Assembly (NCBI GenBank): GCA_963801355.1
Contig: CAWDEM010000008.1
Span: 928,001 to 992,000, forward strand
Reading direction: 5' to 3'
Source of the DNA: Ignavibacteriota bacterium
GTDB taxonomy: Bacteria; Bacteroidota; Ignavibacteria; UBA10030; UBA6906
Length of the DNA: 64,000 bases
The notes beneath the pieces are model-generated. The model was not told the DNA's origin and searched no databases. It was given only the letters and a program-made list of their open reading frames with translations. This document shows positions 50,249 through 59,169 of this stretch, in pieces. Position 1 is the stretch's first letter, and each line of letters starts with the position of its first letter. A program made the position numbers and the translations under genes.

Positions 50249-53200
50249 CAGTGCACGACGGCGATCTTGATGACGGCGGTGCCGTTCGTCGTAGCGCCCG
50301 TGGCATTCAGGTGGGCGAAGTAGATGCCGCTCTGCACGCCGGTGACGTCCCAGACTGTTTCGTTGTCCCGTCCGCCCCAGCCGGGCGCGTCGAATTCCGT
50401 GACAAGATCCCCCGCGAGGTCATAGATTTTGATATGCACCTGCGCATCTTCGTTGAGGTAGTAGCGTATCTGCGTGGTGCGGTCGTAGACCGGGTTCGGC
50501 CAGTTGTATGCGCGGACTTTCGCGAAGAACTCATTGCTCAGCGGTGCGCCGGTGATTCTCGACATGTCAACTCCAGAGTGCAGGGCATCATGCTGATATT
50601 GTGGCCAGGGATAGAGGCTTGCCTTCGCGTTCCCGGATGTGCGGCCCGTTAACCATGCCGACACCGAGCCGGTCGCTGATGAAGCCACTGCAAGGAACAC
50701 CGAATCACCGGAGGTGAAGATCGCAGCCGTCTGCTTCCCCTGCCCCGCCACAAGCGGAAAGCCCCGCACCGGTTTCCCATGCCCGTCATACGCCACAACC
50801 AGTCCCCCGAGTGAGACGCCGACGACGTCCACACTGCCGTTGCCGTCCACGTCGCCGAGGATCGGGGGGGATGCGAGAGGATGCTCAGCCGGGAGCGTGA
50901 CGGGAAATCCGTCCAGGAGCACGCCGAGGGCGTTATATGCCAGGATCCGGTTGTCGCTGAAGACCAATATGTCGCGTTGCCCATCGCCGTCAAAATCTCC
51001 GATCGCGGGGGGAGCGTCGATCCGCTCGCCGGCCATCACTGGAAATCCGGCCATTGGGGCAAGATCCGCATTGAGAAGGAAGAGCCACCCGTCGCGAGTA
51101 GTCACGGCAAGATGAGGTACAGGAACGCCCGATGAGAAAAACCAGCCGATCGCCGCAGGACCGGCGATGGGATGCCCCAGACGGGTCTTATTCTCTGCAG
51201 GTAGCGGGCCGGCAAGTCGCGGGTCCGCAAAGGTCGCCACGGTACCGTCGCTGCCTGTTACGAGGCCGGCGTACGGGGCGGGAAACGCACTCACTCCTGA
51301 AACCGCTCCATTGGTGTCGGCCAGCAGTCTCAATTCGCCTATGCTGCCGCCGTCGTTGCCGAAGAGGTGTACGCGGCCGCGATCGTCGCCAAAGAGCAGG
51401 AGATTCCCGGAGACGGCGGGTGGAATCGTGCCTGAACCGTTCAAGGTGATCGTGAAGAGTGAATCCGCAAGACTGTCGGCATTGGCGTCACGTGGGGTCA
51501 GGACACGGGCATGCAGCGTTGCTGCGTTATCTCCTATGAGAATTTCTTGAATCCCATCGCCGTTCACATCGGCCAGCAGCGGCCCCGGCACGAACCCCGC
51601 CGCCGGGGTGTTGTCCTGCGCGATGCGTCCGTCACTGAATCCGCCCGGCAGAGCGGGCTTGCCGTCGGGGAGCCAGCCAAACAGCCGGGCGTCCACAGTC
51701 GCCGGATACAGCTGGCTTGCACGGGGTGACGGTACGGTATCTTTGAGCGTTGAAACGACAAGGGCGGGGGGTCGTCCGGCGGAAAGCGGCCCGACGACAA
51801 GCGATGGAGCCGGCAGCCGCTGATTGGTCAACCTGGGGAACCCGGGCAGCACGGTGACTCCGCTATCGCCTATGCTGACCTGCACGGTCATGTACGGTCC
51901 GCGCACGCTGAAATTCTTCATGACGACGTGGCTTTCGCCGTCGTCATTGCTGCGTGCCGGGGGGAACGATGCCGAGGAGAACTCATTCGTGTTCACAGGT
52001 GAATTGCTCCCCGCGTACCAGAAGTCGAGCGGTGTACCGGTCTCGCTGCCGCTCCCCGCAGTGAACGACCCGTAGCTCTGGCCGAGGTCCTGGGATCCGT
52101 CCGCTTCTTCCAGGTCCACGCCGCGGTGTTGCGGATCGGCGTTCACACCGTTCGTTGCAATGTTCGCAGCGATAATCCGTTCGTCGATATGCCACACCAG
52201 CACCCCGCCGTCATAGAATGCCGAATCATCCACACCACCGGGGAGGCTCCAGTCCAGATCTTGCACGTCGGTCACATTGCCCTGCAACGAGGAAACGTCA
52301 AACGCGTTAAAGCCGGCGGTGTCTTGCTTGAACGTGAGCGATGTGGTGACGTTGTTGTACCTCATCGTCACAGTCTGTCCGTTCCTTTGCGCATCCCTGT
52401 TCCGGTTCTCGACCAGGTAGTATTCTCGCGGGCCGATGGGGACTCGATAGATGGTATCGGCAAGCGACACGGCCGGAAGTCGGAGCAGCGTGCTCCCGTT
52501 TTCGACAGTGATGGGGTCGATCCATCCGAGCCAGTACTTTTCCCAGGCGGAGGGCTCCGGCGGGAACACGCCGTTGAAGCTGAAGATTCCCTGGCCGTCC
52601 ATGAGGCCGAATCGTCCGATCGCGGTGGCACCGGTTTTTGTATCGAACAGATCCGGCAGACCAAGGAAGTTTCCCAGCGAAGCACAGAGCAGGCCGTTGA
52701 TGCCAAACTCGAGGAAGACATCTCCGCCGACGCCGGGGATGGAGCGGCCTTCTGTTTCAGGGAGGACCAGCGAGTTTCTCACATAACTGCCGCCTTGCAC
52801 CGGGATGCCGGGAGTCCCCAGTGCTTCCTGGAGCGCCGATTGTCCCAGATACAGCGAAGGAATGTCCCGGTCCGTCGGGTCGTATCCCAGAACGGACACC
52901 AGATCGATGTCCCGTCCGACGCCGGCGTGGAATATCACAAACGCATCATACGCGGCAAATGACGGAACCAGGGAGAGACTGTCGACCTTCCGCCAAGTAT
53001 CCCGTGCCAGCAGGGCCACCGGAGTATTGGGTCCGGTCTTCAAGGGTGAATACGTGCTCATCACATTGGGCAGCGTGACCACAACCGGGATGAGCGTTGA
53101 AGTGACGACAACCTTTCCTTTGGACGCTCTTTGAAAGTAATTGGCAAGAAAAGTCAGGTGATCGGTGAAGTAGGCGGCATTCCTGGGAGGGGCATCCACA

Positions 53201-53442
53201 GGGATGTTGCCCGAGGTGACATGCGATGTATCGAACTGGCCGTTACCTGTTGTCCGCGTGTCCGTGTCCTGCTGAAACTGCACCATGACTGCGAGGACGT
53301 TCACGGTCATTGCCGCGTTGAGCCTGGCGCGGGGGGCGGTTGACGCGTCACCCGCATGGGCGGTGAGAGGATGGTACAGGAGTTGCGCAGGCAGCGCGGC
53401 CGGGATCAGGAGAGCGAGAAGGAGGGTTCGCAGTATTGTCAT
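50248..53442 (-). CDS. T9SS cargo-like protein: M6/InhA-like peptidase domain with degenerate zinc motif, FG-GAP repeats and C-terminal sorting domain
   Basis: Signal peptide; IFHAGVG, LGLPDLFD, GLMD.G, SAWEKYWLGW, EYYLVENR; DVNGDG/DFDGDG repeats; YNWPNP..IKIYDLAG..SGIYF. Confidence 0.8.
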   Translation of the reverse strand: MTILRTLLLALLIPAALPAQLLYHPLTAHAGDASTAPRARLNAAMTVNVLAVMVQFQQDTDTRTTGNGQFDTSHVTSGNIPVDAPPRNAAYFTDHLTFLANYFQRASKGKVVVTSTLIPVVVTLPNVMSTYSPLKTGPNTPVALLARDTWRKVDSLSLVPSFAAYDAFVIFHAGVGRDIDLVSVLGYDPTDRDIPSLYLGQSALQEALGTPGIPVQGGSYVRNSLVLPETEGRSIPGVGGDVFLEFGINGLLCASLGNFLGLPDLFDTKTGATAIGRFGLMDGQGIFSFNGVFPPEPSAWEKYWLGWIDPITVENGSTLLRLPAVSLADTIYRVPIGPREYYLVENRNRDAQRNGQTVTMRYNNVTTSLTFKQDTAGFNAFDVSSLQGNVTDVQDLDWSLPGGVDDSAFYDGGVLVWHIDERIIAANIATNGVNADPQHRGVDLEEADGSQDLGQSYGSFTAGSGSETGTPLDFWYAGSNSPVNTNEFSSASFPPARSNDDGESHVVMKNFSVRGPYMTVQVSIGDSGVTVLPGFPRLTNQRLPAPSLVVGPLSAGRPPALVVSTLKDTVPSPRASQLYPATVDARLFGWLPDGKPALPGGFSDGRIAQDNTPAAGFVPGPLLADVNGDGIQEILIGDNAATLHARVLTPRDANADSLADSLFTITLNGSGTIPPAVSGNLLLFGDDRGRVHLFGNDGGSIGELRLLADTNGAVSGVSAFPAPYAGLVTGSDGTVATFADPRLAGPLPAENKTRLGHPIAGPAAIGWFFSSGVPVPHLAVTTRDGWLFLLNADLAPMAGFPVMAGERIDAPPAIGDFDGDGQRDILVFSDNRILAYNALGVLLDGFPVTLPAEHPLASPPILGDVDGNGSVDVVGVSLGGLVVAYDGHGKPVRGFPLVAGQGKQTAAIFTSGDSVFLAVASSATGSVSAWLTGRTSGNAKASLYPWPQYQHDALHSGVDMSRITGAPLSNEFFAKVRAYNWPNPVYDRTTQIRYYLNEDAQVHIKIYDLAGDLVTEFDAPGWGGRDNETVWDVTGVQSGIYFAHLNATGATTNGTAVIKIAVVH

Positions 53443-53476
53443 AGAGGATCGTTTGTTCGGGGTCTTCGTATGTACC

Positions 53477-53534
53477 AGGGTGTGCTTGCATCGCTCGCCC
53501 CTCCGGAGGGGGGCGACGCAAGCACGATCGCCCT
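53477..53534. repeat. GC-rich intergenic palindrome (REP-like)
   Basis: Arms AGGG/CCCT, GTGCTTGC/GCAAGCAC, TCGCCC/GGGCGA; no U-tract. Confidence 0.6.
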
Positions 53535-53540
53535 TCATTC

Positions 53541-54656
53541 TTACACGCCTCCCCACGCGATCAACAGCGAGAAGCGGATGGTATCGGACAGTGGATGATT
53601 TTCCGAGGCCGAGATATAGCTGAAATCGAAGCCATAGATATCGTACCGGATGCCGGCGCCGAACGTCATGAATTTCCGGTTGCCGAAATCCTTGTGCTCC
53701 TGGAAAAAGCCCAGGCGCAATGCGATCAATCGCGGGGATCCGTACCAGTACTCAGCACCACCGCTGACGATCACTTTTTTCAGGCCGCTTGAGTCGCCCC
53801 ACGCGCTGATCAATGCCTTATAGAAGGGGTCCGAGGTCCCGTCCGCGTGACGGCGCACAAGGAGGCGGCTGAAGTCGACGCCCAGCTGGAGGCTGTTGAA
53901 TTCATCATCCAGCACTTTGTATCCCATGCCGACCCGGAGGTTTGTGGGGAGGGGGTCGGCCTGTGCTGCATCGACGTATGTTACTTTCGGGCCGAGGTTC
54001 GAGAGGTTCACGCCCGCGCTGAACCGCTTGCCGATGTCGCCGAGGAGGGGCACCTCGAGTGCTTCGGGGCGGTACATCATTGCCAGGTCGAAGCTCACCG
54101 TCGAGGCAATCCCGTTCCCCGCTTCCGACTCCGTGCCGATGGGCGAGAGGGCGCTATGGATGAATCGAACGTTGAGGCCCACGCCCAGATCGTCGAACGC
54201 CTTCGTTGCATAGCCGGCGGTGACGGCATACTCGAACGCCTTGAACTTGTCGATGACGGTCGGACCGTCCGAGCCCGTCACGGCGAATTCCCCCAGACTC
54301 AGGTAGGTCACGCTCGCACCGATTGTCCCGCCGATTTCCTCCAGGTCCATCCTGTAATTCAGGTGATCATAGAAGAGATCGGGCAGATTGAACTGCGGCA
54401 GCCAGTTTGCGTGCGTGATACTGACCTCCTGTCCCTTGAGGAAGGCCAGTTGGCCGGGATTCCAGTAGATGGCGGATGCGTCATCCACCCATCCGGTGCC
54501 GGATTCTCCCATCCCGCTCGCCCGGGAATTCGGGGCTATGAGGAGGAACGGAACCGCCGACTCCCCTTGTGCCCGGACTTCGGTCAGGGTCATCACCGAC
54601 CCTGCGACCACAAGGGCGAGCCCAATCGCAGTGCGGAACCGCATGATCTTCTTCAT
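53541..54656 (-). CDS. porV: T9SS shuttle/outer-membrane protein PorV
   Basis: AVPFLLIAPNSRASGMG, IYWNPGQLAF, SNLGPK, PLPTNLRVG; directly downstream of porU. Confidence 0.88.
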   Translation of the reverse strand: MKKIMRFRTAIGLALVVAGSVMTLTEVRAQGESAVPFLLIAPNSRASGMGESGTGWVDDASAIYWNPGQLAFLKGQEVSITHANWLPQFNLPDLFYDHLNYRMDLEEIGGTIGASVTYLSLGEFAVTGSDGPTVIDKFKAFEYAVTAGYATKAFDDLGVGLNVRFIHSALSPIGTESEAGNGIASTVSFDLAMMYRPEALEVPLLGDIGKRFSAGVNLSNLGPKVTYVDAAQADPLPTNLRVGMGYKVLDDEFNSLQLGVDFSRLLVRRHADGTSDPFYKALISAWGDSSGLKKVIVSGGAEYWYGSPRLIALRLGFFQEHKDFGNRKFMTFGAGIRYDIYGFDFSYISASENHPLSDTIRFSLLIAWGGV

Positions 54657-54732
54657 ATGTACTCCCTTCAAGTGAAAAGATGAACGCTGTGCATCACCCA
54701 CCCACACTGCATCTCCACCACACACAACACTC

Positions 54733-57700
54733 TCAACGCACGATTGCAAGTCTGCCGATTGCTTCGCTTGCGAATCGGCCGTCCACCGTGCGCACAATCG
54801 TCTTATACAAATATACGCCATTGGCGACTTTGTCGCCTTCCCGGTCGCGCCCGTCCCAGGGCACACGCACCATCAACTCTCCGACCGATGTCGAGTGCAG
54901 TTCCTGGATCAAGCGGCCCGCGATGGTATAGACCTTGATTTCCACATCCAGGGGAGACTGCTGATTCTGGCGGAACGTGAACTGTGTCTCGTCACCGAAT
55001 GGATTGGGATAATTGAACATATCCGAAATGCTCAGCCGGTCCGAGGATTCAACCATGAAGTACGTTTCAGCCGACGCAGAATTGTTGTACGAATCCCAGG
55101 CGCGTACGCGGATGGTGTTCCGCCCGAGCGGCAGGTCTGAAAGTTGCAGCTGCACTACACCTTCGCGGAAATCATCGCGCTTGCTCGTGTAGTATTCCGT
55201 CAGGTCGAGGCTTTGCACGCTGTTGTTGACCCAGCCCTCGATGCGGTGGCCGATACCCGCGGTGGATGTGTTGATGCCGTTGGCATCGCTGAGGTCGACG
55301 ATAAGCGTGGGGCGTTCCGTGACCACGTCGCCGGGGCGGAAGCTCCGGTTTCCGAGCGCAATGCGGATGGTCGGACCTTCGCCGTCAGAAGCCGCCGTGG
55401 AATCCGTGCCGTTGATGCGTACGGCACTGGTGAAACCGGCACCGTCGTCCTCGGTCCGGCTTACATAGGCCACCAGGCGGCCCCGGCCTGTGGTGTCGGC
55501 GTAGGAGATATCCTTCGGGACAACGAAGCTGGCGCGGAATCCGCCCTCCGCAACCGAGTTCTCCCCTTTGTAAATAGTGGCTCCCGACGACTGATACTGC
55601 CAGTTGTACCCCGGATAGAAGTTGACAATGGTCTGCTGACGGGTGACGTCGTTCACGCGCAGGGTGAGTGTACCGGTGAAGCCCGCGTCGCGGTTGTTGG
55701 CTGCATCGCGCACCGTGCCCGTCACCGTCACGTGGGAAAGCGCCTTCAGGGTGATCGGCGTGGTGCGCGCCGCCCCATCCACGCTGTCCACGGGCTGTCC
55801 GTTGATGCTGTCAATGGACGCGAACCCGCGCGGGAATGCCAGGCGCATGGTCGGATCACCCATGAAGAAGAACTTCTGATCGTTGTCGTAGTTGAAACCC
55901 GCTGCCTTGTAGAGGAAGAGCGCGGTGGCCGGACGCTCCAGAATGATGCGGTTGTACGGATCACGGACGAACATCCGGCGATACGTCCCCTGGTTCAGTG
56001 CGGCATTGCCGCTTGCATACACCTTTCGTGACGCGGAGATCACGCCAGAAGCCCCGCCGTCCGGTTTGTTCATCAGCAGCTCCGACCCGGTGTAGTTCTT
56101 CGGGTCGTCGAACTGTGAGAAATTGCAGGTCGCCAGGAAAAACACCGAGAGTCGATCGGTGTTCGTCAGCTGGGGAATGGACGTGTTGACTTCAAAGACC
56201 AGCTCGTGGGCCCACACTTTCGGGTTTCCGTGACCCGAATAATTCACCATCAACGCGCCCTGGTTGATATTGTCAATGATGTCCTGGGCGGCCCCCGGTT
56301 TACGGCGTCCCTGCGAGGTGTAGACTGTCGGGTATTCGGCGATGTAGATCTTCTTCTTCTCGAACTCTTCCGGGGTGAAGTTACGCGCGAGGGTCTCGGC
56401 ATCATCGCTGTGCTCGGTCCGGTCGCCCACCTCTCCTCCCTCGGACGTCCACGCGTCATCTCCCACAAACAGCATGCGTGTCTTCCAGCTGTCGCGCGCG
56501 CTCTGGTTTTCATAGCGGATGATCTTGTCCACCACCGTGTTCGCTTCGGCCACGGTGCGGGATGATATCCGGCCGCTCACGAGCGAGGGCACCATGCCGG
56601 AACCGAAGGCAGTAAAAAAATCATCCGTTGCATAGCTGTTGACGTCGTGACGCGATTCCGGTGTCTGCCAGGTCGGCACGTACGTCGATTTCGAGCCCAG
56701 GATTCCCTTGTAGTCGTATGACGCCCCGCCGAAGAAGAGCACGAATTTCGGCTGCGGGGTCCAGCCGTTGAACGCATACTTCAAGAAGTCGCGGATTGCG
56801 GTCACATCCGGAACACCACCGCTGAATTCGTTGTAGATGTGCGCGACGTCGATGACCAGGGTCTTCACACCGCCCCCTTCCGGCCGTTCGCGATACGCTT
56901 TCAGCCCGTCAGCGGCAGCCTTGAACTCTGCGCTCGTGACGATGATGAAGTCTGCGCCTTCTGCATACCCGTGGAGATCCTGGTTCGACATTTTCTGAAT
57001 GGCAGCGGGGGTCTTCCACGCGGAAGATCCCGCCGCGCAATATTCGCTGACGGAGCCCCCGGTCAGAGAGGCTCTGAACATATAGGACCCGCCGACGTCG
57101 TTGATCAGTTTCACGTTTGCGTAGTCTGTGACATCAAAGACCATCGGCATTGCGGAGAACTGCTGCAGCCGGAACTCCGCAACGCCGGTGGTGTCGGGGG
57201 ACCGGAAGCGCAGGTAGTTGTTCACACCCCAGAGCATGCGGGGGAAGAGAATCTCGATCCAGTCAATCCATCCCTCCGATGCGTTGCTCGGAGACGAAAA
57301 CGCGATGTTCAGCTGGCTTGTGTTATTGCTGAGCGACGATGTGCCGAGCGCCTGCCCTGTGTATCCCGTGGCATACAGGTAATCGAAGCCGGGAGCCAGG
57401 GCGTACACACCGAGCGTGGTCCCCCCCTCTCTCACGGTGAATTGCGGGGAGGTTCCGTCATGGGCTACAAGGGAGTACCGGTACGTGATAACGTCATTCG
57501 GCACAAGACCGGGAAGGAGGTTGACATAGGTGAACGATCCGCTCGGCCCGCTGAGCGACTGCCCGAGCCAGTCCTTGCCGGAACTCAAGACGTTCACCTT
57601 TTCATCTTCGATGAAGAGCGCATCCACGAACCGTTCGACAACGACGTCGGCGGACGCTGCAAGCGATGGTTGCGATTGCATGCGTTTTCCCGGCGTCCCG

Positions 57701-58827
57701 CCGAACGTCAGCCAGTAGTAATTGACATCGCTGTAGTGGTGGATATAGTGTCTCGGGGCGTGGGCGGCGGCATCGTAAGCAATCCCCCGCGTGCCGCGCC
57801 CGTAGAAAACGACATAGTCTCCGGCGCCCATCTGGCCGTCACTTTCCCCTTCCACGTAGATGGCATTCTCCACAAGGTCGGACGGCCGCGGCGCCGCATT
57901 GTTCTCCGGAACTTCTCTTCCGCCGTTGCCGTAGATCTTGATCGTGCGGGGGTCGACGGACCCGGCATTGATGCCGGCGGCCGCAAGGTACGCTGCGTCG
58001 ATCTTATATATTCCCTCTCCCGTGACGGTCAGGCGGTACCAGTCGCCGGCCGCCAGCACGCTGGGGGATGCTGCGATTTTTGCCGGCGGGGTGGCATCGG
58101 ACTGCAGGCGCCGGAGCATGTCGGGGTTCGCGACCGCGTTCGACAGGAAGGTCACATCGCCGCTCCGGACGGGTTCCGGCGGACCGCCGGCAAAGGTGAC
58201 TTCCACGACGATACGGGAGTATGTGCGCAGAACTCGTGAGCCCGGGTCATATTGCGCGGGCCAGATGTGGACGGCGCCTATCAATGCACTTCTCACATTT
58301 GCAGGAGCGACAAGCTGCGCGATGGATCCCGGAAAGATGCCGGACGGCATGTCCTGGCGTTCCGCATAACCGGCCGGTTCGAGATAGCCGTCGCGTTCTT
58401 TGAGTGATGGCACGGGCAGGACCGCAACGCCCCGCACCTCTTCATAATCCGCGGCCACCACCCGCACCGAATGCGGGCCTGGAGCCGGGAACGCAAGGGG
58501 GATGTGACGCCACGGGAGATCCGGCAAGCCGGCCTCCGTGATGGGTGAAGGTCTGACACCTTCGTCGATGACGACGCGGAGGTAGCTCCTGTCTGCCACC
58601 ATCACCGTGTCGAACCGCATCGACGCCGGACGGAATTCCACGCGCAGTGTGTTTGCTCCGGTGGCGCTCGTGGTGACTTCGGGATCGCGCGGCGCCCGCG
58701 CCTGAACCTCCGCTGCGGATGCCGGACCCGCAAGAGCGGCAAGCAGCGCGGTCGCGCAGGCGAGGACGCACGCCTGGCCACCCGGCGCCATCCCACCCGA
58801 TCGCAAACGGCGGTTCAGCACGGTCAT
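54733..58827 (-). CDS. porU: T9SS sortase PorU (peptidase C25)
   Basis: IYGNGG, IYNEFSGG..D..AIRDF, NYSGHG (His), ATCNF (Cys), MGDP, GINT..GIGH, AWDSYNNS, YPNPF C-terminal domain. Confidence 0.9.
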   Translation of the reverse strand: MTVLNRRLRSGGMAPGGQACVLACATALLAALAGPASAAEVQARAPRDPEVTTSATGANTLRVEFRPASMRFDTVMVADRSYLRVVIDEGVRPSPITEAGLPDLPWRHIPLAFPAPGPHSVRVVAADYEEVRGVAVLPVPSLKERDGYLEPAGYAERQDMPSGIFPGSIAQLVAPANVRSALIGAVHIWPAQYDPGSRVLRTYSRIVVEVTFAGGPPEPVRSGDVTFLSNAVANPDMLRRLQSDATPPAKIAASPSVLAAGDWYRLTVTGEGIYKIDAAYLAAAGINAGSVDPRTIKIYGNGGREVPENNAAPRPSDLVENAIYVEGESDGQMGAGDYVVFYGRGTRGIAYDAAAHAPRHYIHHYSDVNYYWLTFGGTPGKRMQSQPSLAASADVVVERFVDALFIEDEKVNVLSSGKDWLGQSLSGPSGSFTYVNLLPGLVPNDVITYRYSLVAHDGTSPQFTVREGGTTLGVYALAPGFDYLYATGYTGQALGTSSLSNNTSQLNIAFSSPSNASEGWIDWIEILFPRMLWGVNNYLRFRSPDTTGVAEFRLQQFSAMPMVFDVTDYANVKLINDVGGSYMFRASLTGGSVSEYCAAGSSAWKTPAAIQKMSNQDLHGYAEGADFIIVTSAEFKAAADGLKAYRERPEGGGVKTLVIDVAHIYNEFSGGVPDVTAIRDFLKYAFNGWTPQPKFVLFFGGASYDYKGILGSKSTYVPTWQTPESRHDVNSYATDDFFTAFGSGMVPSLVSGRISSRTVAEANTVVDKIIRYENQSARDSWKTRMLFVGDDAWTSEGGEVGDRTEHSDDAETLARNFTPEEFEKKKIYIAEYPTVYTSQGRRKPGAAQDIIDNINQGALMVNYSGHGNPKVWAHELVFEVNTSIPQLTNTDRLSVFFLATCNFSQFDDPKNYTGSELLMNKPDGGASGVISASRKVYASGNAALNQGTYRRMFVRDPYNRIILERPATALFLYKAAGFNYDNDQKFFFMGDPTMRLAFPRGFASIDSINGQPVDSVDGAARTTPITLKALSHVTVTGTVRDAANNRDAGFTGTLTLRVNDVTRQQTIVNFYPGYNWQYQSSGATIYKGENSVAEGGFRASFVVPKDISYADTTGRGRLVAYVSRTEDDGAGFTSAVRINGTDSTAASDGEGPTIRIALGNRSFRPGDVVTERPTLIVDLSDANGINTSTAGIGHRIEGWVNNSVQSLDLTEYYTSKRDDFREGVVQLQLSDLPLGRNTIRVRAWDSYNNSASAETYFMVESSDRLSISDMFNYPNPFGDETQFTFRQNQQSPLDVEIKVYTIAGRLIQELHSTSVGELMVRVPWDGRDREGDKVANGVYLYKTIVRTVDGRFASEAIGRLAIVR

Positions 58828-58844
58828 ACCACCTTCACATAAAC

Positions 58845-58881
58845 AAAAAACCGAACGTTAGAAGACATCCATAACATTCGG
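58845..58881 (-). terminator. Intrinsic terminator within the porU leader
   Basis: CCGAAUGUUA-11 nt loop-UAACGUUCGG plus U6, 17 nt upstream of the porU ATG. Confidence 0.75.
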
Positions 58882-59020
58882 CCGCAGATGGAGTCCATGG
58901 AAGTGCCAGCCTTTGTGATAGACAATGTTCGTTAAAGGGATCCGCTCTCTGCGGTCCGCACCATACAACCTTTAACCAAACACCTCTATAGGCTGATCTC
59001 CACGACTTATGAAAGTTCTC
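58845..59020 (-). ncRNA. Candidate structured leader RNA or sRNA upstream of porU
   Basis: Bounded by a promoter and a terminator; 116-nt rod of 37 bp with 6 G-U pairs at 58892-59007, folded by hand. Confidence 0.55.
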
Positions 59021-59027
59021 GAATACA

Positions 59028-59056
59028 AATATAGAAATCGGCACCCTGAATGTCAA
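59028..59056 (-). promoter_or_regulatory. Near-consensus sigma70 promoter facing porU
   Basis: TTGACA-N17-TATATT(TG). Confidence 0.7.
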
Positions 59057-59169
59057 GCGCTGCTCTGTCCCGGCGCCGTAATTTGATTGTTCGCGCAGAA
59101 TTGTGTACATTTCTCGACAATGTACTGTAACCAAATGCGTAAACCCAATTATCACACCAACTTCGCAGT

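Noticed and set aside
54690-54732. CA-rich low-complexity spacer between porU and porV
   Set aside because: No periodicity, structure or ORF that I can support.
58895-58915. T-box-like AAAGGCUGGCAC in the porU leader
   Set aside because: It lacks the full UGGNACC bulge, sits inside the rod stem, and the downstream gene is unrelated to amino-acid supply.
58835-59155. 106-aa minus-strand ORF over the porU leader
   Set aside because: It starts upstream of the predicted promoter, has an atypical composition and crosses the terminator. The RNA structure explains the region better.
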